A stretch of 64,000 nt of DNA, taken from assembly GCF_056746865.1 (NCBI RefSeq), contig NZ_CM163382.1, one strand, 5' to 3'. The notes below the pieces were generated by a model. That model made no database searches and was not told where the DNA came from. It saw only the letters and a program-made list of their open reading frames with translations. Shown here one piece after another: positions 32,520 to 45,685 of this stretch. The translations under genes and the position numbers were made by a program. How positions within the stretch are numbered: the stretch's first letter is position 1; each line of letters begins with the position of its first letter.

Positions 32520-33377
32520 ATGAAAGCACCAGGCTTGCCCGCCGATCAACAATTTTTCGCCGATCTGTTCAGCGGCCTGGTGCTTAACCCGCAACTACTG
32601 GGGCGCGTCTGGTTTGCCAGCCAGCCTGCCTCATTGCCAGTGGGCAGTTTATGTATTGATTTTCCCCGTCTGGATATCGTGCTACGCGGCGAATACGGCA
32701 ATCTGCTGGAAGCAAAGCAGCAACGTATGGTGGAAGGAGAAATGCTGTTTATTCCGGCACGCGCGGCTAATTTACCGGTCAACAACAAACCGGTGATGCT
32801 GTTAAGCCTGGTGTTCGCACCGACCTGGCTTGGGTTATCGTTTTACGATAGCCGTACCACGTCGTTGTTGCATCCTGCTCGCCAGATCCAGCTTCCCAGC
32901 CTGCAACGCGGTGAAGGTGAAGCGATGCTTACCGCCCTCACCCATCTTAGCCGTTCACCGCTGGAGCAGAATATCATTCAGCCACTGGTGTTAAGTTTGC
33001 TGCATCTTTGCCGCAACGTGGTGAATATGCCACCGGGCAATTCGCAGCCGCGCAGCGATTTTCTCTATCACAGCATTTGTAACTGGGTTCAGGATAATTA
33101 TGCCCAGCCGCTCACCCGCGAGAGCGTGGCGCAGTTTTTTAATATCACGCCCAATCATCTGTCAAAACTGTTTGCCCAACATGGGACGATGCGTTTTATC
33201 GAGTATGTTCGCTGGGTGCGAATGGCGAAGGCGAGGATGATTTTGCAGAAATATCATCTGTCGATTCATGAAGTGGCGCAGCGTTGCGGTTTTCCGGATA
33301 GCGATTATTTTTGTCGCGTCTTCCGGCGTCAGTTTGGTCTGACGCCGGGAGAGTACAGCGCCCGCTTTCAGGGCTAA
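32520..33377 (+). CDS. ypdC: AraC-family transcriptional regulator YpdC
   Basis: 285-aa ORF with C-terminal AraC-type HTH. Confidence 0.85.
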   Translation: MKAPGLPADQQFFADLFSGLVLNPQLLGRVWFASQPASLPVGSLCIDFPRLDIVLRGEYGNLLEAKQQRMVEGEMLFIPARAANLPVNNKPVMLLSLVFAPTWLGLSFYDSRTTSLLHPARQIQLPSLQRGEGEAMLTALTHLSRSPLEQNIIQPLVLSLLHLCRNVVNMPPGNSQPRSDFLYHSICNWVQDNYAQPLTRESVAQFFNITPNHLSKLFAQHGTMRFIEYVRWVRMAKARMILQKYHLSIHEVAQRCGFPDSDYFCRVFRRQFGLTPGEYSARFQG

Positions 33378-33379
33378 CT

Positions 33380-35875
33380 TCAGAAGGTTAATTCCGTTTC
33401 CAGCAGCGTCAGGATGCTTTGCGCATCTTGCGCGGCGAACAGCGACTGGCGGAAGTTTTTATTCACCAGTTTACGCGCCAGCTGCGAGAAGACTTTCACA
33501 TGATTCATCCCTTCGTTAGCGCCCAGTGTCAGCATGATCACCAGTTCGACTTCGCCCATTTCTGACTGCCAGTCAACCGGTTTCACCAGCCGGGCAATGC
33601 TGATACTGGAATGACGGATCCACTGAGATTTGGTGTGCGGGATCGCTACGCCAAAACCAACGCCTGTGGTAACAATCTCTTCCCGCTGCCAGACATCCTC
33701 TTCCAGCTCGAACGGATGTTCAGTGCGCCCGTTAACGCCGAGGTTACCGCACAGGAACTGGATCGCCTGCTCTTTATTGCTAAAGGACTGATCAACAAAG
33801 ATATTCTCCAGCGCCAGCAGTGGGCGAACGTCTTCTTCCGGCGTAAAGGCGGTGAGTAACGCTTCAATTTCCTGCGCGCTGCGGCATTCACATGCCTGAC
33901 GCGCCAGTTCCCGACACGCCTCGCTATCCAGTTGACGAAGCTGGCTTTTCACCGCCGGAATGCGCGGGCTACTCATACTTAACTCGTCCAGGCCCAGCCC
34001 AAGCAGTAGCGGCAGATAACGGCTTTCACCGCCCAGTTCACCGCAAATGCCTACCCATTTACCCCGCTGATGCGCAGTGGTAATAATCTGCTGCAACATG
34101 CGCAGGAACGATGGCGTAATCGGGTTATACAGCGGCGATACGCGCGGGTTATTACGATCGACCGCATACAGATACTGGGTCATATCGTTGGAGCCGATAC
34201 TGAAGAAATCTACCTCATCGCAGAAGTGATCGATGATGTAGCACACCGACGGCACTTCCACCATGATACCCAGCGTAATCGTCTCTGCATGACGCAGGCC
34301 ATCGCGCTTAAGCTCAACGATCGCTTTTTGGATCTCGCCCTTCACCCATAAGATCTGATCGAGGCTGTGAACCATTGGGATCATCAACTGGGCGTTGCCG
34401 AAACTGGCGGCGCGCAAAATGGCCCGCAGTTGAGTGCGGAACAGGCCCGCAAATTCCGGGTAAATACGTACCGCGCGATAGCCGAGGAACGGGTTCTCTT
34501 CCTGGGGAATATTCAGATAAGGAATGCTTTTATCGCCTCCGATGTCCATTGTGCGGAAGATAATCGGCTTGTCGCCCGCCGCCAGTAGCACCTGCTGGTA
34601 GGCTTCAAATTGCTCCTGCTCGTCCGGCGCGCTGTCGCGATCCATATAGAGCATTTCGGTACGGAACAGCCCGACGCCTTCCGCGCCGTTGGCAAACGCG
34701 CCAGGCGCTTCCAGAGCGGTGCCAATATTCGCCGCGATATCAATGCGCTTGTTATCACGGGAATAGGCCAGCTGCGCGGCAGCCTGCGCCTGCTGCTGCT
34801 GACGTTTATCTGCCAGCGTCTGCGCAACCTGATAATAACCGCTCACCGCGTCATTCGGGTTAATCGCCAGCACACCGCACTGGGCGTCAAGCACCGCCGG
34901 TTGCCCGGCATAGCGCGCGATCGCATCCAGCGGCAGGCCGCTAAGAACCGGGATCGCCGAGGCACGGGCCAGAATCAGGGTATGCGAGGTGCGCCCGGTT
35001 TTCTCCAGAATCATGCCCGCAAGATTTTTTAAATCGAGGCTCAAAAACTGGCTTGGGGTTAAATCCTCGGCCACCAGAATAGTCGGTTTTTCCAGCACCA
35101 GATTGTTGCGCGGCTTCAGTTCCGGCCAGGTGATATGCAGCAACTGTTCGCTGATATCGCGAATGTCGCTGACCCGCTCGCGCAGATAATCGCTGGCAGA
35201 AGCAGATAGTTTGGCGCAAACCTGCTCCATATTGCTGATGATCGCCGCCCCCAGCCCCTGATGCTGTTCTGCCATAAGGCGACGGATATTGCCTGCAAAT
35301 TCATCATCCTGAATCAGCGACAAATGGGCGCTGAGGATAGTTTTGCTTTCGCCGTCACGCTCACGCAGCTGCTGGTTCAGTTGCTCGGCAAGCGTTGCCA
35401 GGCTGTGCTCCAGCCGGGTGGAGTCTTGCGCACTGGCCGGGATGGCCCGATAACTGTCGAGGCTGTCGCTCTGTAACAGGGTCAGCGTACCCACGCCGAC
35501 GCCGCTTGCCAGCACATTGCCGTACAGTAAATCAGGATTCAGACGGCTTAATGAACGCGGCAGCGGATGCGCCGTCAGTTCTGCCTGTGTTGGCTGGATG
35601 CTGTCGCTGTCGATAAAGCGCACCTGGATGTACTCTTCCAGCACGCGCCGCGCCTGCTCTTCATCGCTGCCGCTAATGTTCAGGCTGCAACTGTCATTAA
35701 ATAAAGTGCCGGTGCCAATCAGCGCCAGCGAACTTTTCGCATCGGCCTTTGCGTTCTGGCGATGGTTAATAAAAGTGATTTCGCTTTGCCACTGGCTGCA
35801 CTGTTCTTTAAGTTCCCACGCCGGACGAGCATGAATACCGTTAGGCAAAGGACAGAGAAATTGAATCGTTAACAT
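33380..35875 (-). CDS. fryA: PTS multiphosphoryl transfer protein FryA (IIA-HPr-EI fusion)
   Basis: 831-aa ORF with PtsI-like PEP-utilising core (GGRTSHTLILARA...), HPr-like and IIA(Fru)-like domains. Confidence 0.9.
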   Translation of the reverse strand: MLTIQFLCPLPNGIHARPAWELKEQCSQWQSEITFINHRQNAKADAKSSLALIGTGTLFNDSCSLNISGSDEEQARRVLEEYIQVRFIDSDSIQPTQAELTAHPLPRSLSRLNPDLLYGNVLASGVGVGTLTLLQSDSLDSYRAIPASAQDSTRLEHSLATLAEQLNQQLRERDGESKTILSAHLSLIQDDEFAGNIRRLMAEQHQGLGAAIISNMEQVCAKLSASASDYLRERVSDIRDISEQLLHITWPELKPRNNLVLEKPTILVAEDLTPSQFLSLDLKNLAGMILEKTGRTSHTLILARASAIPVLSGLPLDAIARYAGQPAVLDAQCGVLAINPNDAVSGYYQVAQTLADKRQQQQAQAAAQLAYSRDNKRIDIAANIGTALEAPGAFANGAEGVGLFRTEMLYMDRDSAPDEQEQFEAYQQVLLAAGDKPIIFRTMDIGGDKSIPYLNIPQEENPFLGYRAVRIYPEFAGLFRTQLRAILRAASFGNAQLMIPMVHSLDQILWVKGEIQKAIVELKRDGLRHAETITLGIMVEVPSVCYIIDHFCDEVDFFSIGSNDMTQYLYAVDRNNPRVSPLYNPITPSFLRMLQQIITTAHQRGKWVGICGELGGESRYLPLLLGLGLDELSMSSPRIPAVKSQLRQLDSEACRELARQACECRSAQEIEALLTAFTPEEDVRPLLALENIFVDQSFSNKEQAIQFLCGNLGVNGRTEHPFELEEDVWQREEIVTTGVGFGVAIPHTKSQWIRHSSISIARLVKPVDWQSEMGEVELVIMLTLGANEGMNHVKVFSQLARKLVNKNFRQSLFAAQDAQSILTLLETELTF

Positions 35876-35899
35876 AACCGCTCCGGGTTAATCAGGAGA

Positions 35900-36937
35900 T
35901 CATCTGAAATCCGTCAGTTGAACAACCGTCTCACGGGTAAGACGTTGAATAAGGGCAGATAAAAGCTGCTGCATCTGCAAAATGTCGCGGCAATCGGCAA
36001 TCGATGCCGCACAATGTCCGTGGCGCGTCGCTGGCCCCATCACCACCGTGGGTATGCCGGTGCCAGTTAAATGCACCGCTCCGCCATCTGTGCCGCCGTT
36101 GCTGAACATATCCGCCTGCAACGGTACGCCAATTTCTGCCGCCACGGTTTCAATCCACGCGGTAAGTTTTGGCGGCGCAATCAGCGACTTGTCGCTTAAT
36201 ACCAGCATCGGCCCGTTACCAATCTGGCGATGGTTAGCCGCGCCATAATCAAAGTTTTTCGCCCAGCAGGCGGTATCAAGCACAATGGCGACGTCCGGCG
36301 ACACCGCGCGGGTGGCAGTTTGCCCGCCGCGTAATCCCACCTCTTCGCTGGAACTTGCCACCAGCCACACCTCCGCAGGCAGTTCGGCGTCGTGCAGCTC
36401 ACGTAGTAACGTCACCAGCAGATAGCAACCGAGGCGATCATCAAAGGCTTTCCCCATCACCCGCTGGTGAGGGAGAACCTGAAAAGTGGTATCAAAGGTG
36501 ACGCGATCGCCTGGACGAATTCCCGCCTGCATCACTTCGTCATACGAGCGCGCACCAATGTCCACGCGCATGGCGCTGACATCATTCCCCTGCCGGTCGC
36601 CGTCAAGCAGGCCTGGAATTTTGCACTCTTCACGGGTAGTGATACGCACCGACTGAAGCTGGCGGGCAGCCATGCGTACATTGCCAACCGGCAACACATC
36701 GATCGCCCCTTCGCGGGAGATGCTGCGCACCATAAATCCCACTTCGTCCATATGCGCACAGATCATCACCTTCGGACCTGTCGATTCATTGAGGCGGATC
36801 AGCACCGATCCCAGCCCATCAAATCGCACTTCTTTTTGCAGGCGATCCGCTTCTTCCAGCAGGATCTGCCGTACTTCCTGTTCCGAGGAGGCGATCGCAT
36901 CTGCCTCGCTCAACGCTTTTAATAACGATAAATCCAT
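35900..36937 (-). CDS. ypdE: M42-family aminopeptidase YpdE
   Basis: 345-aa ORF of the FrvX/M42 peptidase type within the fry operon. Confidence 0.85.
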   Translation of the reverse strand: MDLSLLKALSEADAIASSEQEVRQILLEEADRLQKEVRFDGLGSVLIRLNESTGPKVMICAHMDEVGFMVRSISREGAIDVLPVGNVRMAARQLQSVRITTREECKIPGLLDGDRQGNDVSAMRVDIGARSYDEVMQAGIRPGDRVTFDTTFQVLPHQRVMGKAFDDRLGCYLLVTLLRELHDAELPAEVWLVASSSEEVGLRGGQTATRAVSPDVAIVLDTACWAKNFDYGAANHRQIGNGPMLVLSDKSLIAPPKLTAWIETVAAEIGVPLQADMFSNGGTDGGAVHLTGTGIPTVVMGPATRHGHCAASIADCRDILQMQQLLSALIQRLTRETVVQLTDFR

Positions 36938-38022
36938 TATGCCTCTCCCGTGAGCAACACTGTTTTCGGCATGGCGTAGAGCACTTCTGCGCCTTGCGGG
37001 GTGACCAGCACAACATCTTCGATGCGCACGCCCCCTTGCCCTGGCAAATAAATCCCCGGCTCCACGGTCAGTAACATGCCTGGCTGTAGCGTCGTGGTAT
37101 CCCGCGGTGAAAAACGCGGCTCTTCATGGACTTCAATGCCGATAGCATGACCGGTGTTATGACCGAAATAGTCGCCATAACCTGCTTCTGTAATGACCCG
37201 GCGCGCGGCATCGTCAACCTGCTGGCAGCGCACGCCGGGGCGAATCGCGGAAATTGCTGCGAGCTGTGCCTGCAGGACAATTTGATAGACGTTAAACAGC
37301 GGGTGAGATTCGGCGCTCACCCCTTCGCCGTTCACCAGCAAGGTGCGCGTCATATCAGAGCAGTACCCCTGATAGAGCGCACCAAAATCAAGAGTGACAA
37401 ACTCGCCCGCTGCAACAATCTTGTCGCTGGCTTTACCGTGCGGCAGCGCCCCACGCCAGCCGCTGGCGACAATGGTGTCAAAAGAGGCTTTTTCTGCGCC
37501 CTGCTGGCGCATAAACCACTCCAGTTCAGCGGCTATCTCGCGCTCGCTCATCCCCGCCTGAATAAAGCGGCGAATATGCTCCGCACCACGATCGGCAATC
37601 CCACAGGCGAGGCGGATTTTCTCCACCTCCTCTGGCGTTTTGATTTGCCGCAGCACATCCGGCGTGGCGCTAACCAGTTTCGCATTGAGTTCAGACTGCC
37701 AGCGGTGCGCGGTTTCCCAACTCACCTGCTGGCCTTCAAAACCGAGCGTTTGCAACTGCTCATCGGCAATGATTTGATTGACGATAGTGGTAAGCGTGTT
37801 CGTCGCGTCAAGCAAATGCAGCTGGTAGCCTTGCGTGCGGGCTTCTACATCCGCGTAGTAGCGCGAATCCACCAGAATGTGCGCACTTACACGGCTAATC
37901 ACCACATAGCCTGATCCGGTGGAGATCCCCAGATGCGGCTGTTTGTTCTGCCGTGAGGAGAGAAGCACCGCATCCAGTTGTTGCGCCTTAAGCCAGTCGC
38001 GCAGCGAAGCGAGTAATGTCAT
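36937..38022 (-). CDS. ypdF: Xaa-Pro aminopeptidase YpdF (M24 family)
   Basis: 361-aa ORF with M24 metal-binding motif context ([13 protein letters not shown]). Confidence 0.85.
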   Translation of the reverse strand: MTLLASLRDWLKAQQLDAVLLSSRQNKQPHLGISTGSGYVVISRVSAHILVDSRYYADVEARTQGYQLHLLDATNTLTTIVNQIIADEQLQTLGFEGQQVSWETAHRWQSELNAKLVSATPDVLRQIKTPEEVEKIRLACGIADRGAEHIRRFIQAGMSEREIAAELEWFMRQQGAEKASFDTIVASGWRGALPHGKASDKIVAAGEFVTLDFGALYQGYCSDMTRTLLVNGEGVSAESHPLFNVYQIVLQAQLAAISAIRPGVRCQQVDDAARRVITEAGYGDYFGHNTGHAIGIEVHEEPRFSPRDTTTLQPGMLLTVEPGIYLPGQGGVRIEDVVLVTPQGAEVLYAMPKTVLLTGEA

Positions 38023-38036
38023 CAGGATTGTCCTTC

Positions 38037-39284
38037 TTACAGGCTATCGATTAACAATTTGCCTTTACGGAACATCATCAGACGCAGGAACACCACCATC
38101 AGCGCAGTAATGACTGCCCCCAGCGCGATCCCCGCCATGTAGACGCCGAGGTTAGTGACCAGCGGCCATGCCCAGATAGCGGATTCCGGGAACCATTGCA
38201 CTGCGCCCAGCCAGACAGCGGCGGTTGAGCCGACAATCGCGCCGACCATATAGGACGGAATGGCGGTGATAGGGCTTTCCAGTGCAAACGGAATCGCACC
38301 CTCACTAATCCCCATAAAGGCAAGGAACATCGCGGTCTTACCCTGCGGATAAAGTTGAGCGTTGAACAGACGTTTGCCGGTTAAACGACGGTCAATAATG
38401 GTTGCCAGACCCAGACCAATCGGCGGAATAACGATAGCGATAGAACGTGCGGTGACCGGTAATACGTGGTCAGTGGTAAAGCTGAAGGCAACGAAACCGG
38501 CTGCTTTGTTGATCGGGCCACCAAGGTCAATTGCTGTCGCTGCGGCGATCCCCATTGCGTACATCAGCGCACCCTTCTCACCTGCGGCAGTCAGCACGGT
38601 ACGGATACCGCCGTTGATCCAGCCGCCAAAGGGGGTGATGACGTAGTACATCGCCAGCATGACAAAAATGGCGGAAAGAATCGGTAGCAAAAATGTGGTT
38701 TTGAACGCTAACAGGAAATCCGGTAACTGGATTTTCTGGTTCATCCATTTCACAAGGTAACCGGCAACGATAGAAATAATCAGCGCACCAATGAAGGTGG
38801 ACGGCACCGGCGAAGAGGTCGCCCATTGCATAGTGCTGGGATCGAAGTTCAGCAGTTGCGTCGGCTGGGTAGACATCAAGCCGCCGATAAAACCAGCCGG
38901 AAAAGCCAGTTTGCCACCTATAGAGTTCGCCACAAAAGCGGCAAACATCGGAATGGCGAAACCAAACAACACGCCGCCGAAGGACTGCGACAGCCAGGCA
39001 AATTTCAGTAAGGAAAGGTCGAAACCGGAGAATTTCCCGCTATTAAGAGCATCCATGATGCCGATATCAGCAGGAATTTTAAGCCAGCTATAAGCAATAA
39101 GCTGGCTGAAAGCGAGGATCACACCGCCCATAATTAAGGTCGGCACCATGCGTGAAATCCCTGACATCACATGCTGCGGGAGTTCACCCCAGAAGCTGCT
39201 TTTAGAGGCCTGCGGATTCTTAACTGCCGCTGCCGCACCGGATGCGCCAGGCACAACGGTTGCACTGCGTTTTTTAATGGCCAT
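38037..39284 (-). CDS. fryC: PTS fructose-like EIIC component FryC
   Basis: 415-aa polytopic membrane ORF of the PTS IIC(Fru) family. Confidence 0.85.
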   Translation of the reverse strand: MAIKKRSATVVPGASGAAAAVKNPQASKSSFWGELPQHVMSGISRMVPTLIMGGVILAFSQLIAYSWLKIPADIGIMDALNSGKFSGFDLSLLKFAWLSQSFGGVLFGFAIPMFAAFVANSIGGKLAFPAGFIGGLMSTQPTQLLNFDPSTMQWATSSPVPSTFIGALIISIVAGYLVKWMNQKIQLPDFLLAFKTTFLLPILSAIFVMLAMYYVITPFGGWINGGIRTVLTAAGEKGALMYAMGIAAATAIDLGGPINKAAGFVAFSFTTDHVLPVTARSIAIVIPPIGLGLATIIDRRLTGKRLFNAQLYPQGKTAMFLAFMGISEGAIPFALESPITAIPSYMVGAIVGSTAAVWLGAVQWFPESAIWAWPLVTNLGVYMAGIALGAVITALMVVFLRLMMFRKGKLLIDSL

Positions 39285-39305
39285 AACAATTATCCCTGTC
39301 GAATA

Positions 39306-39632
39306 TTACTGTTGTTCAGAGGCAATCATCTCTTCGATTTCTTTGATGATGCCCGCAGCGTTTTTAATTGCGTCCTGCAAAGTGATTTCATAAACGTCGC
39401 GTGATTCGAAACGTTCGTTATCTTCCGGGGTAACCGCCACGGAGTGGATGATGATAGTCGCTTCGGCGATATCCTGCGCCGTCAGGCGATTCTGGATACC
39501 GTCCGCGCCCTGGGTTTCAATTTTTACTTCATAGCCTGCTTCTACCGCCGCTTCTTCCAGCGCCTGAGCGGCCATAAAGGTGTGAGCCAGGCCCATTGGG
39601 CAGGCACATAAGGCAATCAGTTTCTTACTCAT
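39306..39632 (-). CDS. fryB: PTS fructose-like EIIB component FryB
   Basis: 108-aa ORF with IIB active-site Cys context (MSKKLIALCACPMGLAHT). Confidence 0.8.
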   Translation of the reverse strand: MSKKLIALCACPMGLAHTFMAAQALEEAAVEAGYEVKIETQGADGIQNRLTAQDIAEATIIIHSVAVTPEDNERFESRDVYEITLQDAIKNAAGIIKEIEEMIASEQQ

Positions 39633-39851
39633 CGTTAATTCCTCGTTCAGTGATAGTTGACGAGTGAAATTATGAACGTGCAAAACAAATCGCCGTTACC
39701 AGACAAATAATGCATTTACTGGAGAATTAATCCCGCTGTACGGAAGTGTGACGCAGGTCGGCCTTGTGAGGAGGACGCAAAGAAAAATTGAATTAACTGT
39801 ATGATTTAAAAGATTATCGGGAGAGTTACCTCCCGATATAACAGGAAGGAT

Positions 39852-40817
39852 TTACAGAATGTGACCTAAGGTCTGGCGTAAATGTGCACCGGAACCAAGA
39901 AGGCCCGGATTGTCATGGACGATGAGATACACCGGAATATCATGGACATATTCTTTAAAGCGCCCTTTATCTTCAAATGCGGCACGGAAACCAGAGGCTT
40001 TGAAGAACTCAAGGAAGCGCGGCACGATACCACCCGCAATAAACACGCCGCCAAATGTCCCGAGATTGAGCGCCAGATTGCCGCCAAAACGGCCCATAAT
40101 GACGCAAAACAGCGACAACGCGCGGCGGCAATCGGTGCAGCTGTCAGCCAGCGCACGTTCGGTAATATCTTTTGGCTTGAGATTTTCTGGCAGGCGGTTG
40201 TCGGCTTTCACAATCGCGCGATACAAATTCACCAGTCCTGGGCCAGAAAGCACGCGCTCTGCCGAAACATGACCAATTTCTGCACGCAGTATTTCGAGGA
40301 TAATGGCCTCTTCTTCACTGTTCGGCGCAAAATCAACGTGACCGCCTTCGCCTGGCAAGCTTACCCAACGCTTATCGACATGGACCAGATGCGCAACCCC
40401 AAGCCCCGTTCCGGCACCGTAAACCGCAATAGGCTTACCTTCGACCGGTTCTGCGCCACCAAACTGAATCAGATGCTCTTTTTTCAGCATCGGGATCGCC
40501 ATCGATACAGCGGTAAAATCGTTAATAATTTCCAGATGGCTAAAACCGAGATTCTTTTTCATTTCGGCAATTGAGAACGCCCAGGTATGGTTGGTCATTG
40601 CCACCCAGTCACCGGTAATTGGGCAAGCGATGGCAATACAGCCGTCTTTCACCTCGACCTTATGTTCTTCAAGATAAACGCGAATGACCGCTTCGAGGCT
40701 GGGGTAATCAAGCCCTGAATAGGTCTTAGCCTGCGAGATTTCACCACTGGCAATATCACACAGAGCAAGACGTGCGTTGGTGCCGCCCACATCACCGACT
40801 AATGCATACTTTGTCAT
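39852..40817 (-). CDS. glk: Glucokinase
   Basis: 321-aa [22 protein letters not shown]..., ROK-like ATP-binding N-terminus. Confidence 0.95.
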   Translation of the reverse strand: MTKYALVGDVGGTNARLALCDIASGEISQAKTYSGLDYPSLEAVIRVYLEEHKVEVKDGCIAIACPITGDWVAMTNHTWAFSIAEMKKNLGFSHLEIINDFTAVSMAIPMLKKEHLIQFGGAEPVEGKPIAVYGAGTGLGVAHLVHVDKRWVSLPGEGGHVDFAPNSEEEAIILEILRAEIGHVSAERVLSGPGLVNLYRAIVKADNRLPENLKPKDITERALADSCTDCRRALSLFCVIMGRFGGNLALNLGTFGGVFIAGGIVPRFLEFFKASGFRAAFEDKGRFKEYVHDIPVYLIVHDNPGLLGSGAHLRQTLGHIL

Positions 40818-41020
40818 TCTTCAACTGCTCCGCTAAAGTCAAAATAATTCTTTCTCACACTGTAAATACCTGGGGGCATAACAACAACGCCGGAAAGGCA
40901 GGCTCCCTGTAAATATCGATCTGGGTCACACAATTACTTTATCGTTTCAGCACCAATTGCAGCGATGCCTTTTTGCAAGCTGGGCAAACTAAGTATCTGA
41001 CCCCGCATAAGGAATAGAAC

Positions 41021-42277
41021 ATGCTCCATCCGCGAGCCAGAACCATGTTGTTATTATCGCTCCCCGCCGTGGCAATTGGGATTGCGTCCAGTCTTATTCT
41101 GATTGTGGTGATGAAAATCGCCTCGGTATTACAGAATTTGCTCTGGCAACGACTGCCGGGAACTCTGGGGATAGCTCAGGATTCACCTTTCTGGATCATC
41201 GCCATATTAACGCTAACAGGTATTGCGGTGGGGTTGGTTATCCGTTTCAGCCAGGGGCATGCTGGACCAGACCCCGCCTGTGAACCGCTGATCGGCGCAC
41301 CGGTTCCGCCCTCTGCGCTACTTGGACTTATCGTAGCATTAATTCTCGGTCTTGCTGGCGGCGTCAGCCTGGGGCCGGAACATCCGATCATGACTGTCAA
41401 TATCGCCCTTGCGGTTGCCATTGGCGCTCGTCTGTTACCGCGCGTCAACCGAATGGAGTGGACTATTTTAGCCTCTGCCGGCACCATCGGCGCACTGTTT
41501 GGCACACCTGTTGCGGCGGCGTTGATATTTTCGCAAACCTTAAATGGTAGTAGTGAAGTTCCGCTATGGGATCGTCTTTTTGCGCCGTTAATGGCGGCAG
41601 CAGCTGGTGCACTTACTACCGGATTATTTTTCCATCCCCATTTTTCACTGCCCATTGCGCATTACGGAAAAATGGAAATGACCGATATTCTCAGCGGTGC
41701 AATTGTCGCGGCGATTGCCATCGCAGCAGGGATGGTCGCCGTATGGTGCTTACCACGGTTGCACGCGATGATGCATCAAATGAAAAATCCGGTGCTCGTG
41801 CTGGGTATTGGCGGATTTATTCTCGGTATTCTGGGGGTTATGGGTGGACCAGTTTCGCTGTTTAAAGGGCTGGATGAGATGCAGCAGATGGTGGCAAATC
41901 AGGCTTTCAGCACCAGCGATTACTTTTTGCTGGCGGTAATTAAACTTGCCGCCCTGGTCGTTGCTGCCGCCAGTGGCTTTCGCGGTGGGCGAATCTTCCC
42001 GGCAGTGTTTGTCGGGGTGGCATTAGGGTTGATGCTGCATGAGCACGTTCCCGCCGTTCCAGCGGCAATAACCGTTTCCTGCGCTATTCTCGGCATCGTG
42101 CTGGTGGTAACACGCGATGGCTGGTTAAGTCTTTTTATGGCGGCAGTCGTTGTACCCAATACCACATTGCTACCGCTGCTCTGTATCGTCATGCTTCCGG
42201 CATGGCTGTTATTAGCAGGTAAGCCGATGATGATGGTCAATCGTCCGAAGCAACAGCCACCCCACGATAACGTTTAG
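41021..42277 (+). CDS. yfeO: Putative ion channel/transporter YfeO (ClC-like)
   Basis: 418-aa polytopic membrane ORF. Confidence 0.85.
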   Translation: MLHPRARTMLLLSLPAVAIGIASSLILIVVMKIASVLQNLLWQRLPGTLGIAQDSPFWIIAILTLTGIAVGLVIRFSQGHAGPDPACEPLIGAPVPPSALLGLIVALILGLAGGVSLGPEHPIMTVNIALAVAIGARLLPRVNRMEWTILASAGTIGALFGTPVAAALIFSQTLNGSSEVPLWDRLFAPLMAAAAGALTTGLFFHPHFSLPIAHYGKMEMTDILSGAIVAAIAIAAGMVAVWCLPRLHAMMHQMKNPVLVLGIGGFILGILGVMGGPVSLFKGLDEMQQMVANQAFSTSDYFLLAVIKLAALVVAAASGFRGGRIFPAVFVGVALGLMLHEHVPAVPAAITVSCAILGIVLVVTRDGWLSLFMAAVVVPNTTLLPLLCIVMLPAWLLLAGKPMMMVNRPKQQPPHDNV

Positions 42278-42391
42278 CAAAAAATGCTCTCCTTTATGAT
42301 TTAAGAGTTATGGCGATGATACGGGGCTTTACCTCCCCGTAATATTGCGTTAACAGGCCGCTGACGGCTTCGATCGTGAAGGAGAATAACA

Positions 42392-42718
42392 ATGTTCAGG
42401 TCACTGTTTCTGGCGGCCACCCTGATGGCATTTACCCCGCTTGCGGCAAACGCAGGTGAAATCACCCTACTGCCATCAATCAAATTACAAATTGGCGATC
42501 GCGATCATTACGGTAATTACTGGGACGGTGGTCACTGGCGCGACCGTGACTACTGGCATCGCAATTATGAATGGCGTAAGAACCGCTGGTGGCGTCATGA
42601 TAATGGCTACCATCGTGGCTGGGATAAGCGTAAAGCGTATGAGCGTGGCTATCGTGAAGGCTGGCGCGATCGTGACGATCATCGCGGAAAAGGCCGCGGA
42701 CATGGACATCGCCATTAA
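42392..42718 (+). CDS. ypeC: Secreted DUF2502-family protein YpeC (Arg/His/Trp/Asp-rich)
   Basis: 108-aa ORF with signal peptide and low-complexity R/W/H/D-rich body. Confidence 0.8.
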   Translation: MFRSLFLAATLMAFTPLAANAGEITLLPSIKLQIGDRDHYGNYWDGGHWRDRDYWHRNYEWRKNRWWRHDNGYHRGWDKRKAYERGYREGWRDRDDHRGKGRGHGHRH

Positions 42719-42743
42719 ACGCGTCCGTCAATGGAGCACAATG

Positions 42744-42833
42744 CCTGATGCGACGCTAGCGCGTCTTATCAGGCCTACAAACCGTCTCTTTAACGCGTAG
42801 GGCGGATAAGGCGTTTTGCGCCGCATCCGCCAA
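42744..42833. repeat. REP (repetitive extragenic palindromic) elements
   Basis: GCCTGATGCGACGCTAGCGCGTCTTATCAGGCCTAC and CGGATAAGGCGTTTTGCGCCGCATCCGCC between ypeC and mntH. Confidence 0.55.
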
Positions 42834-42859
42834 TGGTGCCAGATGCGACACCAGCTGAA

Positions 42860-44107
<1,248 letters not shown>

Positions 44108-44433
44108 CTAAAACATAGCCTTTGCTATGTTTCATGCTATGCCAAACGAGAATGATTATCAAATTCATTTAAATGGGTTGTGGTGATTTCTCTGATAGAC
44201 CAGGATTATGACTACGAAAAGATTGATGACTTGAATGTTATGGTTATGTTTAATGTTAGCACATTTACATAACTTTCAGCTTCCATACACAACATAGCAG
44301 AAATGTATGACAGCTCACTATTTTTGAAGCTTGTCACAGGACGTCATTATAGTGTGTGTCAGATCTCGTTTTCCTTAACCATGTTACATAGAATGTGCAC
44401 GGAAATTTAACCTGCCTCATATTTGGAGCAAAT

Positions 44434-45636
44434 ATGGACCGCGTCCTTCATTTTGTACTGGCACTTGCCGTTGTTGCGATTCTCGCACTGCTGGTAAGCA
44501 GCGACCGCAAAAAAATTCGTATCCGTTATGTTATTCAACTGCTTGTTATCGAAGTGTTACTGGCGTGGTTCTTCCTGAACTCCGACGTTGGTTTAGGCTT
44601 CGTGAAAGGCTTCTCCGAAATGTTTGAAAAACTGCTCGGATTTGCCAACGAAGGGACTAACTTCGTCTTTGGTAGCATGAATGATCAAGGCCTGGCATTC
44701 TTCTTCCTGAAAGTGCTGTGCCCAATCGTCTTTATCTCTGCACTGATCGGTATTCTCCAGCACATTCGCGTGTTGCCGGTGATTATCCGCGCAATTGGTT
44801 TCCTGCTCTCCAAAGTCAACGGCATGGGCAAACTGGAATCCTTTAACGCCGTCAGCTCCCTGATTCTGGGTCAGTCTGAAAACTTTATTGCCTATAAAGA
44901 TATCCTCGGCAAAATCTCCCGTAATCGTATGTACACCATGGCAGCAACGGCGATGTCCACCGTGTCGATGTCCATCGTTGGTGCATACATGACCATGCTG
45001 GAGCCGAAATACGTCGTTGCGGCGCTGGTACTGAACATGTTCAGCACCTTTATCGTGCTGTCGCTGATCAACCCTTACCGTGTTGATGCCAGTGAAGAAA
45101 ACATTCAGATGTCCAACCTACACGAAGGTCAGAGCTTCTTCGAAATGCTGGGTGAATACATTCTGGCAGGTTTCAAAGTCGCCATTATCGTTGCCGCGAT
45201 GCTGATCGGCTTTATCGCCCTGATCGCCGCGCTGAACGCACTGTTTGCCACCGTGACTGGCTGGTTTGGCTACAGCATCTCCTTCCAGGGCATCCTTGGC
45301 TACATCTTCTATCCGATTGCATGGGTGATGGGTGTTCCTTCCAGTGAAGCACTGCAAGTGGGCAGTATCATGGCGACCAAACTGGTTTCCAACGAGTTCG
45401 TTGCGATGATGGATCTGCAGAAAATTGCCTCTACACTCTCTCCGCGTGCTGAAGGCATCATCTCTGTGTTCCTGGTTTCCTTCGCTAACTTCTCTTCAAT
45501 CGGGATTATCGCAGGTGCAGTTAAAGGCCTGAATGAAGAGCAAGGTAACGTGGTTTCTCGCTTCGGTCTGAAGCTGGTTTACGGCTCTACCCTGGTGAGT
45601 GTGCTGTCTGCGTCAATCGCAGCACTGGTGCTGTAA
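44434..45636 (+). CDS. nupC: Nucleoside:H+ symporter NupC (CNT family)
   Basis: 400-aa ORF from [11 protein letters not shown]...; concentrative nucleoside transporter family. Confidence 0.9.
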
Positions 45637-45646
45637 GACCATACAT

Positions 45647-45678
45647 AAAAAAGCCGGGGATAATTCCCCGGCTTTTTT
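45647..45678 (+). terminator. Rho-independent terminator after nupC
   Basis: AAAAAAGCCGGGGA-taatt-CCCCGGCTTTTTT. Confidence 0.7.
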
Positions 45679-45685
45679 ACGCCTG

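Noticed and set aside
41176-41655. 159-aa ORF on the minus strand
   Set aside because: Entirely inside yfeO on the opposite strand; Ala/Gly/Pro-rich as expected for the reverse frame of a membrane-protein gene.
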